A stretch of DNA of 64,000 bases from Candidatus Babeliales bacterium (GTDB taxonomy: Bacteria; Babelota; Babeliae; Babelales; JANWKD01), in NCBI GenBank assembly GCA_963762115.1, contig CAVXJH010000007.1, positions 32,001 through 96,000 of the forward strand, read 5' to 3'. The translations under genes were made by a program, and so were the position numbers. Shown in pieces: positions 10,330-19,134 of this stretch (the stretch's first letter is position 1; every line of letters begins with the position of its first letter). The notes beneath the pieces were generated by a model that was not told where the DNA came from, searched no databases, and saw nothing but the letters and a program-made list of their open reading frames with translations.

Positions 10330-11148
10330 TTATCCAATAAACGTTAAAAATTCACGATTAAATTTTTCCAATTCATCATGCCATAAGCCATGACCACTTT
10401 CTTCAAAACGAACTAATTTTGAACCTTTAATGTTCTTATGCATATATTCACCAAGCTCAAAGGGACAAATTTTATCTTTTGTACCATGTAAAATTGCCGT
10501 TGGCACCGTAACTTTTGCAACATCTGCACGCAAGTCAGCATCACGCAAGGCAACCAAATACTCAGCAGTTGCATTAGGTGCAGCATCAGTACTCATTTGT
10601 TCAATCCAATCAGCAAACTGAGAACTTGGCTGTTTATTAAATAATATTTTGCCAAATGCCGCTGACATTGCAGGACGATCTGCATAACTATTTTTTATGA
10701 GTACATCAACTTCCTCTTTAGTGAATCCCCAAGGAAAATCTGGGCGCTTAGTAAAACAAGGAGCTGCGGCACTCAAAAAAATTGCTTTTGCAATACGATG
10801 TTGATTATGTTTTGCCAAGTAATGCAACACCATTGCGCCACCAATTGAAAAGCCTGCAATAGTCACCTCTTGAAGATCAAGCGCATCAATGACTTTTCTA
10901 ATATCATCAGCAAACATATCATAGGTGTAAGGGCCCCAAGGCGCATCAGATCTTCCTGATCCTCGCATATCAATTGCTACACAACGATATCCTTTAGCCG
11001 GAAATTGTACTAATTGATATTCAAACATTCTATGATCAAATGGCCAACCGTGAATAAATAAAATTGTTTTACCTACACCCCAATCACGAACATATAATTT
11101 TACCCCTGGTGCAGTTTCTATACAATGTGAAGACAATCCTTCTTTCAC
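10330..11148 (-). CDS. Alpha/beta hydrolase (non-heme haloperoxidase/arylesterase-like)
   Basis: FIHGWP, DMRGSGRSD, GFSIGG nucleophile elbow, HGTKDKI, SGHG. Confidence 0.9.
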   Translation of the reverse strand: MKEGLSSHCIETAPGVKLYVRDWGVGKTILFIHGWPFDHRMFEYQLVQFPAKGYRCVAIDMRGSGRSDAPWGPYTYDMFADDIRKVIDALDLQEVTIAGFSIGGAMVLHYLAKHNQHRIAKAIFLSAAAPCFTKRPDFPWGFTKEEVDVLIKNSYADRPAMSAAFGKILFNKQPSSQFADWIEQMSTDAAPNATAEYLVALRDADLRADVAKVTVPTAILHGTKDKICPFELGEYMHKNIKGSKLVRFEESGHGLWHDELEKFNREFLTFIG

Positions 11149-11237
11149 AATTTCCCTTTCAATACCATATTTTTACACTCTACAATGCAAAGCATACGCA
11201 AGAGAGAAATAAGCTGTAAAGAGATATATTATTAACG

Positions 11238-12701
11238 TTATTCGGCAATATTGGTTGTAAAGTTAATTGGCGTCAATGGCGTTGGTGAAATTGCAACGTT
11301 AGAAACATTAACAAAATCACCTCCCTTATTATTGCTGGCAAAATTACTATAAATATGATTATTTACCCCAAGATTATTGATACCAATATTGTTATTAGTA
11401 AGTGTATTCTCACGGACCTGACAGTTAGAACTTGTCGTATTAACTGATAATGCCGCGGCTAACAAAATTCCGTTAGTAACATTGCCTTGTGCTATACAAT
11501 TGAGCAGAACATTATTATTACCATTAATTTGAAAACCATTGGTATTATTATTTGCTTTGCATTCTTCAAGCGTTATATCATTGCCTGCAATTTGAAAGCC
11601 ATTTGTCGTATTATCATGAGCAAAATTTTGTATAAAATTCACATTAGCACTTGTGCCATTACTTGGTGCAATAATAAAACCAGTCTGATTTTCATGAGCA
11701 GTACATTGTTGAAAAGCACTCTCAATAAGAAAATTATTTATAAAACCGGGCCCTGTGTTACTATTTGCCGTACAATTTAAAAACTGAAAGGCGATATTCC
11801 CTGTTGTTGAAAATCCTGTGACGTTATTATTGCTAATACACGAATCAATAATAACATTTGTGTTTTGATTAAGTATAAAACCAGTGGCTGAACAAAAATA
11901 TGCTTCATTTTTTAATAAAACAACATCGATTGCACTGGTTATCGACATACCATTTCTATTATTAAAAAAGGTAACATTTTGTACCCCGATATTTTGTGGC
12001 ACCCGGCCCGTTGAAGTATTATTAGCAATTGTTATGCCATTATTTGTCATATTACGAATAGTACCATTTTTGATAAGAATATTTGGAAAACCATTTACCA
12101 CAATACCGGTCGTATTTGTTGTTCCTATACCAATAATCTCATTACCATTAAGATCGATAACCACATCATTACTATTAACGGTAATTGCTCTAATTTGAAA
12201 ATCACTTACGGTGATATTTTGGCCATTAGTTTGTTGTTGCACAACGGCTTGTTGCTGCTGAACAGTAAGATTTTGTTGTTGCTGTATAAGATGGCCGTTT
12301 ACTATGGTAAACGGTGTTGTTTGTAATGATGGTTGCACAATTTGAAATGTGCTCTGTCCCGTCGTATTTATTGGATTAATCTGATTAAAGCTAACAGAAT
12401 TTTGTATTGACGAAGTAGCATTTTGACCATTTTGCAATGCATTTAATGTTGTCTGAGCAGCAATACAATAATAGCCAGGCGTTGAAATCACAAAAGGAAT
12501 ATTAAATTGTGTTATTTGCGTTTGAAATAAACAACCTCTTGTTTGCGGCAGTCCATCGCCTTCAACACTTTTTTGATATTCAATAATATTGTGTATAATT
12601 TTTTGTTCAAAATCATCACTATTGAGCTCATATTCAGCATATAAACCATAAGAAATAAAAAAAAGAATGTATGATAAGAAACAATAGAAAAATTTTAACA
12701 T
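11238..12701 (-). CDS. Secreted right-handed parallel beta-helix repeat protein
   Basis: ISTPGYYCI, VVIDLNG, repeated CxAxxNxxGF coils; signal peptide. Confidence 0.8.
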   Translation of the reverse strand: MLKFFYCFLSYILFFISYGLYAEYELNSDDFEQKIIHNIIEYQKSVEGDGLPQTRGCLFQTQITQFNIPFVISTPGYYCIAAQTTLNALQNGQNATSSIQNSVSFNQINPINTTGQSTFQIVQPSLQTTPFTIVNGHLIQQQQNLTVQQQQAVVQQQTNGQNITVSDFQIRAITVNSNDVVIDLNGNEIIGIGTTNTTGIVVNGFPNILIKNGTIRNMTNNGITIANNTSTGRVPQNIGVQNVTFFNNRNGMSITSAIDVVLLKNEAYFCSATGFILNQNTNVIIDSCISNNNVTGFSTTGNIAFQFLNCTANSNTGPGFINNFLIESAFQQCTAHENQTGFIIAPSNGTSANVNFIQNFAHDNTTNGFQIAGNDITLEECKANNNTNGFQINGNNNVLLNCIAQGNVTNGILLAAALSVNTTSSNCQVRENTLTNNNIGINNLGVNNHIYSNFASNNKGGDFVNVSNVAISPTPLTPINFTTNIAE

Positions 12702-12761
12702 GATTAGGCCCTCAAAAAAAATAATTTTTTTCTTACTAAAGCTTAATCATGTCAAGACATA

Positions 12762-13655
12762 TTATACAATATTTTGTGCTTGTTCTCTTATTTTCTCAAG
12801 TTCAATCTTAATCGAAATCGCATGAGTACTGATTATGGCATCAGAACATTTTGCAGCAATAGTATTAATTTCGCGCATAAGTTCTTGCAAGGTAAAATCA
12901 ATACGTCGTCCTTTTTCAATTTCTTTTGAACTAATCATAGTCTTTAATGCCAGCAAATGACTTTTAAACCGAACAATTTCTTCATGAATATCCATGCGTT
13001 CTAATTCATAAAAAAGCTGGTTGCGCTTAAGTTCAACAACATCCGGCTGTTGTTGATCCAACTCAATCAATTTTGCTGCAATCATAGTTTTACGTTGCTC
13101 AAACAGATTTGTTGCTGCATGTTCAATAATCATAAGTTGATCAGCAAGAATAGCACCTCTCACTTCAATATCTTTTTCTAGAGAACGACCTTCAACTTCC
13201 TGAGCATCAATCAACTCACCAATTAATTGGTGAACAATAGTTATTATTTGTTGTTTTGTTGATTCCTCAATATTTACTTCTGCTTCAGAAAAAATATTAG
13301 GCAAACTAAGAAGTTCGGCAAGCGTGAGATTGCCCTCAACGTTAAAAGTTTCTTGTATATGCTTAATTGCAGTAAGATAACTCTGAATAATATGCGTTGC
13401 TGGTTCAACGGGACCTTTAAATATAGTGGGATTTTGCATCGCAATATTAAAAGTGATTTTCCCGCGATACAAAAGATCCTTAAATAACTTAATAAGCTCA
13501 ACTTCCATAGATTGCATAGCATAAGGAATTTTACACGTAGCTTCAAAATAACGTGAATTTAACGATTTCAGTGTTAACGAAAGATAGGCTTTATTACCAT
13601 CATGCAGAGGCAATTCAACAACTTTATTGGAAAAACCTGTCATACTTCGTATCAC
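12762..13655 (-). CDS. yicC: YicC/YloC family endoribonuclease
   Basis: MIRSMTGF, KSLNSRY, DIHEEIVRF, GRRIDF..QELMREINT, KIREQAQNI. Confidence 0.92.
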   Translation of the reverse strand: MIRSMTGFSNKVVELPLHDGNKAYLSLTLKSLNSRYFEATCKIPYAMQSMEVELIKLFKDLLYRGKITFNIAMQNPTIFKGPVEPATHIIQSYLTAIKHIQETFNVEGNLTLAELLSLPNIFSEAEVNIEESTKQQIITIVHQLIGELIDAQEVEGRSLEKDIEVRGAILADQLMIIEHAATNLFEQRKTMIAAKLIELDQQQPDVVELKRNQLFYELERMDIHEEIVRFKSHLLALKTMISSKEIEKGRRIDFTLQELMREINTIAAKCSDAIISTHAISIKIELEKIREQAQNIV

Positions 13656-13658
13656 GTA

Positions 13659-14381
13659 TTATCCTTCTGTTACCAAGTTAGTATACACATTCTTAACATC
13701 TTCATGATCTTCAAGACTACTCAAAAATTCATACGCTTTTTCTTCTTGTTCAGCTGAAAGTGCTACCGTATTTTGTGCAACCCATTCAATGTCAGCTTTT
13801 TCGACCTTTAACCCATTCTCCTGCAAAAGAGTTTTTACCTTTTCCAAAGATTTTGGATCACAAGTGATACTAAAAACCTCCTCATCAAAGGAAATATCTT
13901 TAATATCATAATCAAGCAACAGCTCAAGTAAAGCATCTTCTGAAGTTTTACCACTCACTTGAACAACACCCATACGAGCAAACATCCACCCAACTGAACC
14001 TGTTTCGGCAAGAGATCCGCCACTACTTAAAAATATTCTTCTTAATTCAGCAACAGTTCTATTTTTATTGTCGGTCAATGCATCAATAACAACAGCAGTG
14101 CCAAATGGCCCATAGCCTTCATACATGTGCTCTTCATATTGCATTCCTGGCATTTCACCAGTGCCACGCTTAATAGCACGCACGGTGTTATCCATCGGCA
14201 TATTAATTTCTTTTGCCTTATCAAGCAATAATCTCAAGCGAGAGTTGGCATTTGGATCACCACCGCCAAGGCGTGCCGCCACGGTGATTTCTTTAATTAA
14301 TTTAGTAAATTCTTTACCGCGCTTAGAATCTAATGACGCTTTTTTTCTTTTTATGGTTGCCCATTTGGAATGTCCTGACAT
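13659..14381 (-). CDS. yebC: YebC/PmpR family protein
   Basis: MSGHSKWATIKRKK, YEGYGP, TDNKNRT. Confidence 0.95.
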   Translation of the reverse strand: MSGHSKWATIKRKKASLDSKRGKEFTKLIKEITVAARLGGGDPNANSRLRLLLDKAKEINMPMDNTVRAIKRGTGEMPGMQYEEHMYEGYGPFGTAVVIDALTDNKNRTVAELRRIFLSSGGSLAETGSVGWMFARMGVVQVSGKTSEDALLELLLDYDIKDISFDEEVFSITCDPKSLEKVKTLLQENGLKVEKADIEWVAQNTVALSAEQEEKAYEFLSSLEDHEDVKNVYTNLVTEG

Positions 14382-14389
14382 ATTTGCTC

Positions 14390-15415
14390 CTAGAAGTTTA
14401 ACAATGTCTTTTGACCAAAAAACTTTTGCTTTAAAAAAGGTAACATTTTATGAGGAATCTGTCGACCGCGGGCAGTTTTTTCTAAATATCCCTGGCGCAT
14501 TAAAAATGGCTCATATACTTCTTCAAGCGTTTCTTTATCTTCACCCAACAAGGCCGCCAACGTTTCCAAGCCAACGGGCCCACCATTAAAATTTTCAACC
14601 ATTTTTCTCAAGATCATTATATCAACCGTACTTAACCCATCCTCATTAATACCTAGAAATTCCAAAGCCTGTATCACTAAAGCATCTGTTGCTTGATTAA
14701 GGTTAGTAACCTGAGCAAAATCACGTACTCTGCGTAGAATCTTTTTTGCCGTTCTTGGCGTTCCTCGTGAAGATTTGGCAATAAGCAACGCTGCTTGCGG
14801 AGAAACAATCAAATCAAGAAAAACAGCATTTTGTAAAACAATTTTTTGCAATTCATCATCAGTATAAAAATCAAGTCGCTCAACAATACCAAAACGACTC
14901 CGCAATGGCGCCGAAAGCATACCACTTTTTGTTGTTGCGCCAATCAACGTAAAAGGATGAATGGGTAAATTGATCGATTTTGCCCCTGCACCCTGACCGA
15001 TAATGACATCAACACGAAAATGTTCCATGGCACTATATAATACTTCTTCAACATTGGTGGGCATACGGTGAATTTCATCAACAAAAAAAATATCACGCGG
15101 TTCTAAACTTGTTAACAAAGCAACCAGATCACCGGTACGCTCAAGCATAGGACCACTACAAATTTTTATACCAACACCCATCACCTGCGCCATAATTTGG
15201 GAAAGCGTTGTTTTCCCCAAGCCTGGAGGCCCAAAAAGCAACAAATGATCAAGTGCTTCCCCGCGCATTTTGGCTGCCTGCGTATACACACTTAATTTTT
15301 TCTTTAGTTCTTCTTGTCCCAAATATTCATCAAATGATTTGGGCACAAAATTGTGCAATTGTTCTTCGGGTGTCTCTTGTTGCAACAAGAGACTAATTGA
15401 GTTTATTTCATGCAT
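14390..15415 (-). CDS. ruvB: Holliday junction branch migration helicase RuvB
   Basis: GPPGLGKTT, DEIHR, GATT, SRGTPR, YEPFL. Confidence 0.97.
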   Translation of the reverse strand: MHEINSISLLLQQETPEEQLHNFVPKSFDEYLGQEELKKKLSVYTQAAKMRGEALDHLLLFGPPGLGKTTLSQIMAQVMGVGIKICSGPMLERTGDLVALLTSLEPRDIFFVDEIHRMPTNVEEVLYSAMEHFRVDVIIGQGAGAKSINLPIHPFTLIGATTKSGMLSAPLRSRFGIVERLDFYTDDELQKIVLQNAVFLDLIVSPQAALLIAKSSRGTPRTAKKILRRVRDFAQVTNLNQATDALVIQALEFLGINEDGLSTVDIMILRKMVENFNGGPVGLETLAALLGEDKETLEEVYEPFLMRQGYLEKTARGRQIPHKMLPFLKQKFFGQKTLLNF

Positions 15416-15632
15416 TATAATAACTATTTTATGTATTGAGTAATAATAACTGGTTCGATGTTATTTTTAATATGATCAAATCTAATTTTTTTTCATAATA
15501 AAGTCTATTGATCAACATTATAAATGCGACAATCACTCTATTTTTCTCTGTTCAAAAAACTGGTATTATAAGCAAAATTAACTTATTATAAATATTATTT
15601 TTTTATAGTATTTCTTACAAAGGAAAATATAT

Positions 15633-16214
15633 ATGTATTTTAAAAAATCAATCTTCACCTTATTTTTAACAATTTCTATTTTCAGTACAACGTATGCCAT
15701 GGACCTAATATCAAAAGAAACTTTGCAAGATAAAATTATCACACCAGCAATTATCTTAGGAATCGGTGCAGCAAGTGGTGCTGCTCAAGCGATAATTATG
15801 AATAAAATAAATACACATTATCATGCTAAAAACCATTGGAACATTTCTAAAAATGCCATCTTGGGAGCTTTATTTGCAATACCCGCAACAGTCATAGCAA
15901 CGGCAGAGATAGACTCTTTGCCAAAGTTAGATAATGAAGGCATCATTTGGTCCGTCGCATCTTCAACTACTTACAAAATGATAATATGCATGGGTCATTA
16001 TTATTTTATAAAAAAAGCTTTCATCGAGCAGAACAACTTTTTTAATACGCCCGAAGCAAGAAAAAATCGAAAAACAACTAACGATCTTCAAGCTTCCAAT
16101 TTTTTTCAAAGTAAGAGCAAGCATCACTCTGCGGCCATTTTTTTTCTCAATCCAACGATATCAATTGTATCAACCTTTTTGACGGCATCAATACGCAATA
16201 ATCTCGATCATTAA
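15633..16214 (+). CDS. Hypothetical secreted/membrane protein
   Basis: AAGGA RBS, signal peptide TTYA|MD, hydrophobic segments. Confidence 0.65.
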   Translation: MYFKKSIFTLFLTISIFSTTYAMDLISKETLQDKIITPAIILGIGAASGAAQAIIMNKINTHYHAKNHWNISKNAILGALFAIPATVIATAEIDSLPKLDNEGIIWSVASSTTYKMIICMGHYYFIKKAFIEQNNFFNTPEARKNRKTTNDLQASNFFQSKSKHHSAAIFFLNPTISIVSTFLTASIRNNLDH

Positions 16215-16279
16215 ACCCCTAAGCCCATATCAAACTTTCCCATAGCAATACCATGTAACCAGCCAAAGCTGACAAGCAT
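16211..16279 (-). repeat. Diverged copy B of the rodA 3' end
   Basis: 47/57 nt identical, ungapped, to 17849-17905; reads MLVSFGWLHGIAMGKFDMGLGV*. Confidence 0.85.
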
Positions 16280-16296
16280 TAACCCAATAAGATGCT

Positions 16297-17091
16297 TTAT
16301 CCATTCACTGAAATAAATGGAACCATTTTCCCGGTAACGCGAGGCAAAACACCATCCCATTTTTCTATTGCCTTAAATTGCGCTTCAATTTCTTGTAGAC
16401 GAATCAATTCTAACGTTACTGATTCTTTTTTGACTTGCAATGAGAACGCTTCCGCTTCAGCGCGAGCTCGCGTCTGCAATGCTTCTTCTTGCACTTTTAC
16501 GGTTAAATTTTTCGCCGTTTTTGCACTTTGTTCTGCAATTTGCTTATCTTCAACTGCTTTAATAAAATCGGGAGAAAAATCAAGATGAATAAAATTGAAA
16601 TCAATTAAATCTAAATAACGAGGCGCTAACCGTTCTTTTAATTCATTAATAACTTTCTCTTTTGCTTCGTGTCGACTTTGAATAAGATCTTCTGCCGTAA
16701 ATTTGGCAATAACAGCTTTTACACTTTCCTGAGTAAATGGATCAATAATAACCCGATCAAAATGTATTCCGATTTCTTGATATAATTTTAATACATCGCT
16801 AATTCTATAATTGATAACCATACCAACCGAAACAGTTTGTAAGTCACGTGACATACCTTTTGTTTCAATTGCCGCCTTATTAATTTGTGTGTTAATTTTA
16901 ATGATAGAATCAATAAGAGGAATTTTATAATAAAATCCTGATATGTTTTCTGTACTAATTACTCTGCCCAACCGCAATTGAATGGCGGTAAAACCAGGTT
17001 CAATGGTATAAAATGATAAAGGTAAAAGAAAAAAAACCAGAGAGATTATTGCCAACAAGATAAGAGTGAATGCAGTACGAATATAATTCAT
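16297..17091 (-). CDS. SPFH/prohibitin (band 7) family membrane protein
   Basis: N-terminal TM; SRDLQTV, FTAEDLI..R, FSPDFIKAVEDKQIAEQ, KWDGVLP. Confidence 0.9.
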   Translation of the reverse strand: MNYIRTAFTLILLAIISLVFFLLPLSFYTIEPGFTAIQLRLGRVISTENISGFYYKIPLIDSIIKINTQINKAAIETKGMSRDLQTVSVGMVINYRISDVLKLYQEIGIHFDRVIIDPFTQESVKAVIAKFTAEDLIQSRHEAKEKVINELKERLAPRYLDLIDFNFIHLDFSPDFIKAVEDKQIAEQSAKTAKNLTVKVQEEALQTRARAEAEAFSLQVKKESVTLELIRLQEIEAQFKAIEKWDGVLPRVTGKMVPFISVNG

Positions 17092-17170
17092 GTAACAATA
17101 CTTTCGATGAGACTTTTAGAAATTAATTAAGATACTATAAGTATAAATATATACCTGAAATGCACAACAA

Positions 17171-17236
17171 TTAAACACCTACCCCCCTATCAAACCTTCG
17201 CATGGCAATACCATTCAACCACCCCAAATTGCCCAT
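17171..17236 (-). repeat. Diverged copy A of the rodA 3' end
   Basis: 49/57 nt identical, ungapped, to 17849-17905; reads MGNLGWLNGIAMRRFDRGVGV*. Confidence 0.9.
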
Positions 17237-17312
17237 TTGCACTAATTGCATAAATTCATCATACTAAATAAGTAATTATATTTTAATAAGCACATTCATA
17301 CTAGAGAAAAAT

Positions 17313-17852
17313 TTGAATATTTATCTATCAAAAAAGCTATTATTATTGCTATTATCTTTATCCCTCAATCTATTCTGTCTTTTACCCATAGATTCCCGTT
17401 TTTCCTTACAAACATTTAATAAAGAATCAGATAAAAATTGGATCATTAAGTTATTTAATGCAAATTATGAACACCTAGTTGATCAAAATGCTAAAGATTT
17501 TTCAATTGAATGGACATTAGACAATCTAAGGCTTTTTCCAGAGTATAAAGAAAAATTAATTATAAAAACTGCCACTATTAAAACTATTCCTGCTGGCTTT
17601 ATAGCTTATTCTATAGACAATAAAAATAGAGGTAACATCGATATGCTTTGTATTGATTCCCAATGGCGTAGAAATGGATGTGGCTTCAAATTATTAAATT
17701 ACGCCGTAGAAGATTTAAAGCAAAAAGGTATTTCAAAAATAAAATTAGGGGTTACGAACATAGCTGCTCAAAAATTATATGAAAAATATGGTTTTAAAAA
17801 AAAGAAAAAATGGCCATATGGTGATTCTATTATTATGGTCTTATCTCTTTAA
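17313..17852 (+). CDS. GNAT family N-acetyltransferase with signal-peptide-like N-terminus
   Basis: LCIDSQWRRNGCGFKLL acetyl-CoA motif A; NIAAQKLYEKYGF. Confidence 0.85.
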   Translation: MNIYLSKKLLLLLLSLSLNLFCLLPIDSRFSLQTFNKESDKNWIIKLFNANYEHLVDQNAKDFSIEWTLDNLRLFPEYKEKLIIKTATIKTIPAGFIAYSIDNKNRGNIDMLCIDSQWRRNGCGFKLLNYAVEDLKQKGISKIKLGVTNIAAQKLYEKYGFKKKKKWPYGDSIIMVLSL

Positions 17853-18961
17853 ACACCCACCCCCATATCAAACCTCCGCATAGCAATACCATTTAACCAA
17901 CCAAGACTCGCAAAATTAATCCAAAGATTGGTGATTCCATAACTAATAAAGGGAAGCGGTATACCAACAATGGGCAATAAACCAATTACCATGCCAATAT
18001 TAATAAATGCCGAAAGAACAATATGCAAAAGCAATCCCACTGCCAATAATTGAGCACTAATATTTTGTATACTCATAATGACCCAACACAATCGCCAAAA
18101 TAATCCTATAAATAATAATAAAAGACCGAGTGCCCCAACAAAGCCAAATTCTTCACCAATCACTGAAAAAATAAAATCAGTTCTACTTTCGGGCAAGAAC
18201 ATAAACTTATTCTGTGTTCCCTCAAGAAAGCCCTTACCAAATAAACCGCCTGAACCAATAGCAATTTTTGATTGTTCAATCTGATAACGCTCTTTATACA
18301 TTTCACCCTGACCCAAAAATACAGCAATTCGTTTTTGTTGATACGGCTTCAAAAAATGCCACGTTATAGGTGTTGTCATCAAAACAGCAAAAAAGAGATA
18401 TATAAAAAATTTTTGCGGCATTCCCACAAACCAGATCATTAAAAAACCGGAAATAAGAACAATGAGAGCAGTTCCTAAATCCGGTTGTTTTAAAATTAAT
18501 AAAAAGCTTACGCCTAATATGGTTAAAATGGGTAAAAATTCTTTAAATGCCACTTTAGGGAAATTCTTCTGGGTATAAAAGTAATAGGTAATATAAGCAG
18601 GCAAAAATAGCTTTGCCAATTCTGAAGGCTGAAATTTAATAAAAAACAGGTTTATCCAACGCTGAGCCCCCATTCCTACACTACCTTTAATTAAGGTAAA
18701 CAGAAGAAGCCCAATGACCACCCAATACAAAAAATACCCCCATCGACATAAAACACGGTAATCAATACCACAAAAAGCAAAATAAATCCCCAGCCCTGAT
18801 AAAATGCCAAGAGCCTGCTTTTTAAAGAATAATGAATAAGGTTGACCTGTTTTATAGGTAGCACTATAAATTAAGATAAGGCCTATTCCTGATAAAAAAC
18901 AGGTTAAAACAAAGCTAAGCCAGTCAAAATAGCGCAAATAGCGCTGATCAATCAAAAACAT
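17849..18961 (-). CDS. rodA: Rod shape-determining SEDS protein RodA
   Basis: GAQRWI, FQPSELAK, KQPDLGTA, FLPESRTDFIF, GIPLPFISYG. Confidence 0.95.
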   Translation of the reverse strand: MFLIDQRYLRYFDWLSFVLTCFLSGIGLILIYSATYKTGQPYSLFFKKQALGILSGLGIYFAFCGIDYRVLCRWGYFLYWVVIGLLLFTLIKGSVGMGAQRWINLFFIKFQPSELAKLFLPAYITYYFYTQKNFPKVAFKEFLPILTILGVSFLLILKQPDLGTALIVLISGFLMIWFVGMPQKFFIYLFFAVLMTTPITWHFLKPYQQKRIAVFLGQGEMYKERYQIEQSKIAIGSGGLFGKGFLEGTQNKFMFLPESRTDFIFSVIGEEFGFVGALGLLLLFIGLFWRLCWVIMSIQNISAQLLAVGLLLHIVLSAFINIGMVIGLLPIVGIPLPFISYGITNLWINFASLGWLNGIAMRRFDMGVGV

Positions 18962-19066
18962 GGGTATTCCTCATAAAACAGCATACAAATTGTAGTTAAA
19001 AAATAGATAATTTTAAGAAATTTGTCATGTATAAAGACAAAAGCCAATTTTAATTAAATAATCTAT

Positions 19067-19095
19067 TTGACAATATTTAAAATTAAGAATATGAT
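19067..19095 (+). promoter_or_regulatory. Sigma70-type promoter
   Basis: TTGACA-N17-TATGAT upstream of the GAGGAG RBS of the 19135 ORF. Confidence 0.7.
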
Positions 19096-19134
19096 TCTTT
19101 ATAGTAATACGCTTTAAAATATCGAGGAGAAGCC

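Noticed and set aside
16211..17905. rodA-tail repeats or the 49.9/50.5 kb hairpins as a CRISPR array or integron attC sites
   Set aside because: Spacing is 0.6-1 kb, the tails are coding-derived and non-palindromic, and no cas or intI gene is in the window.
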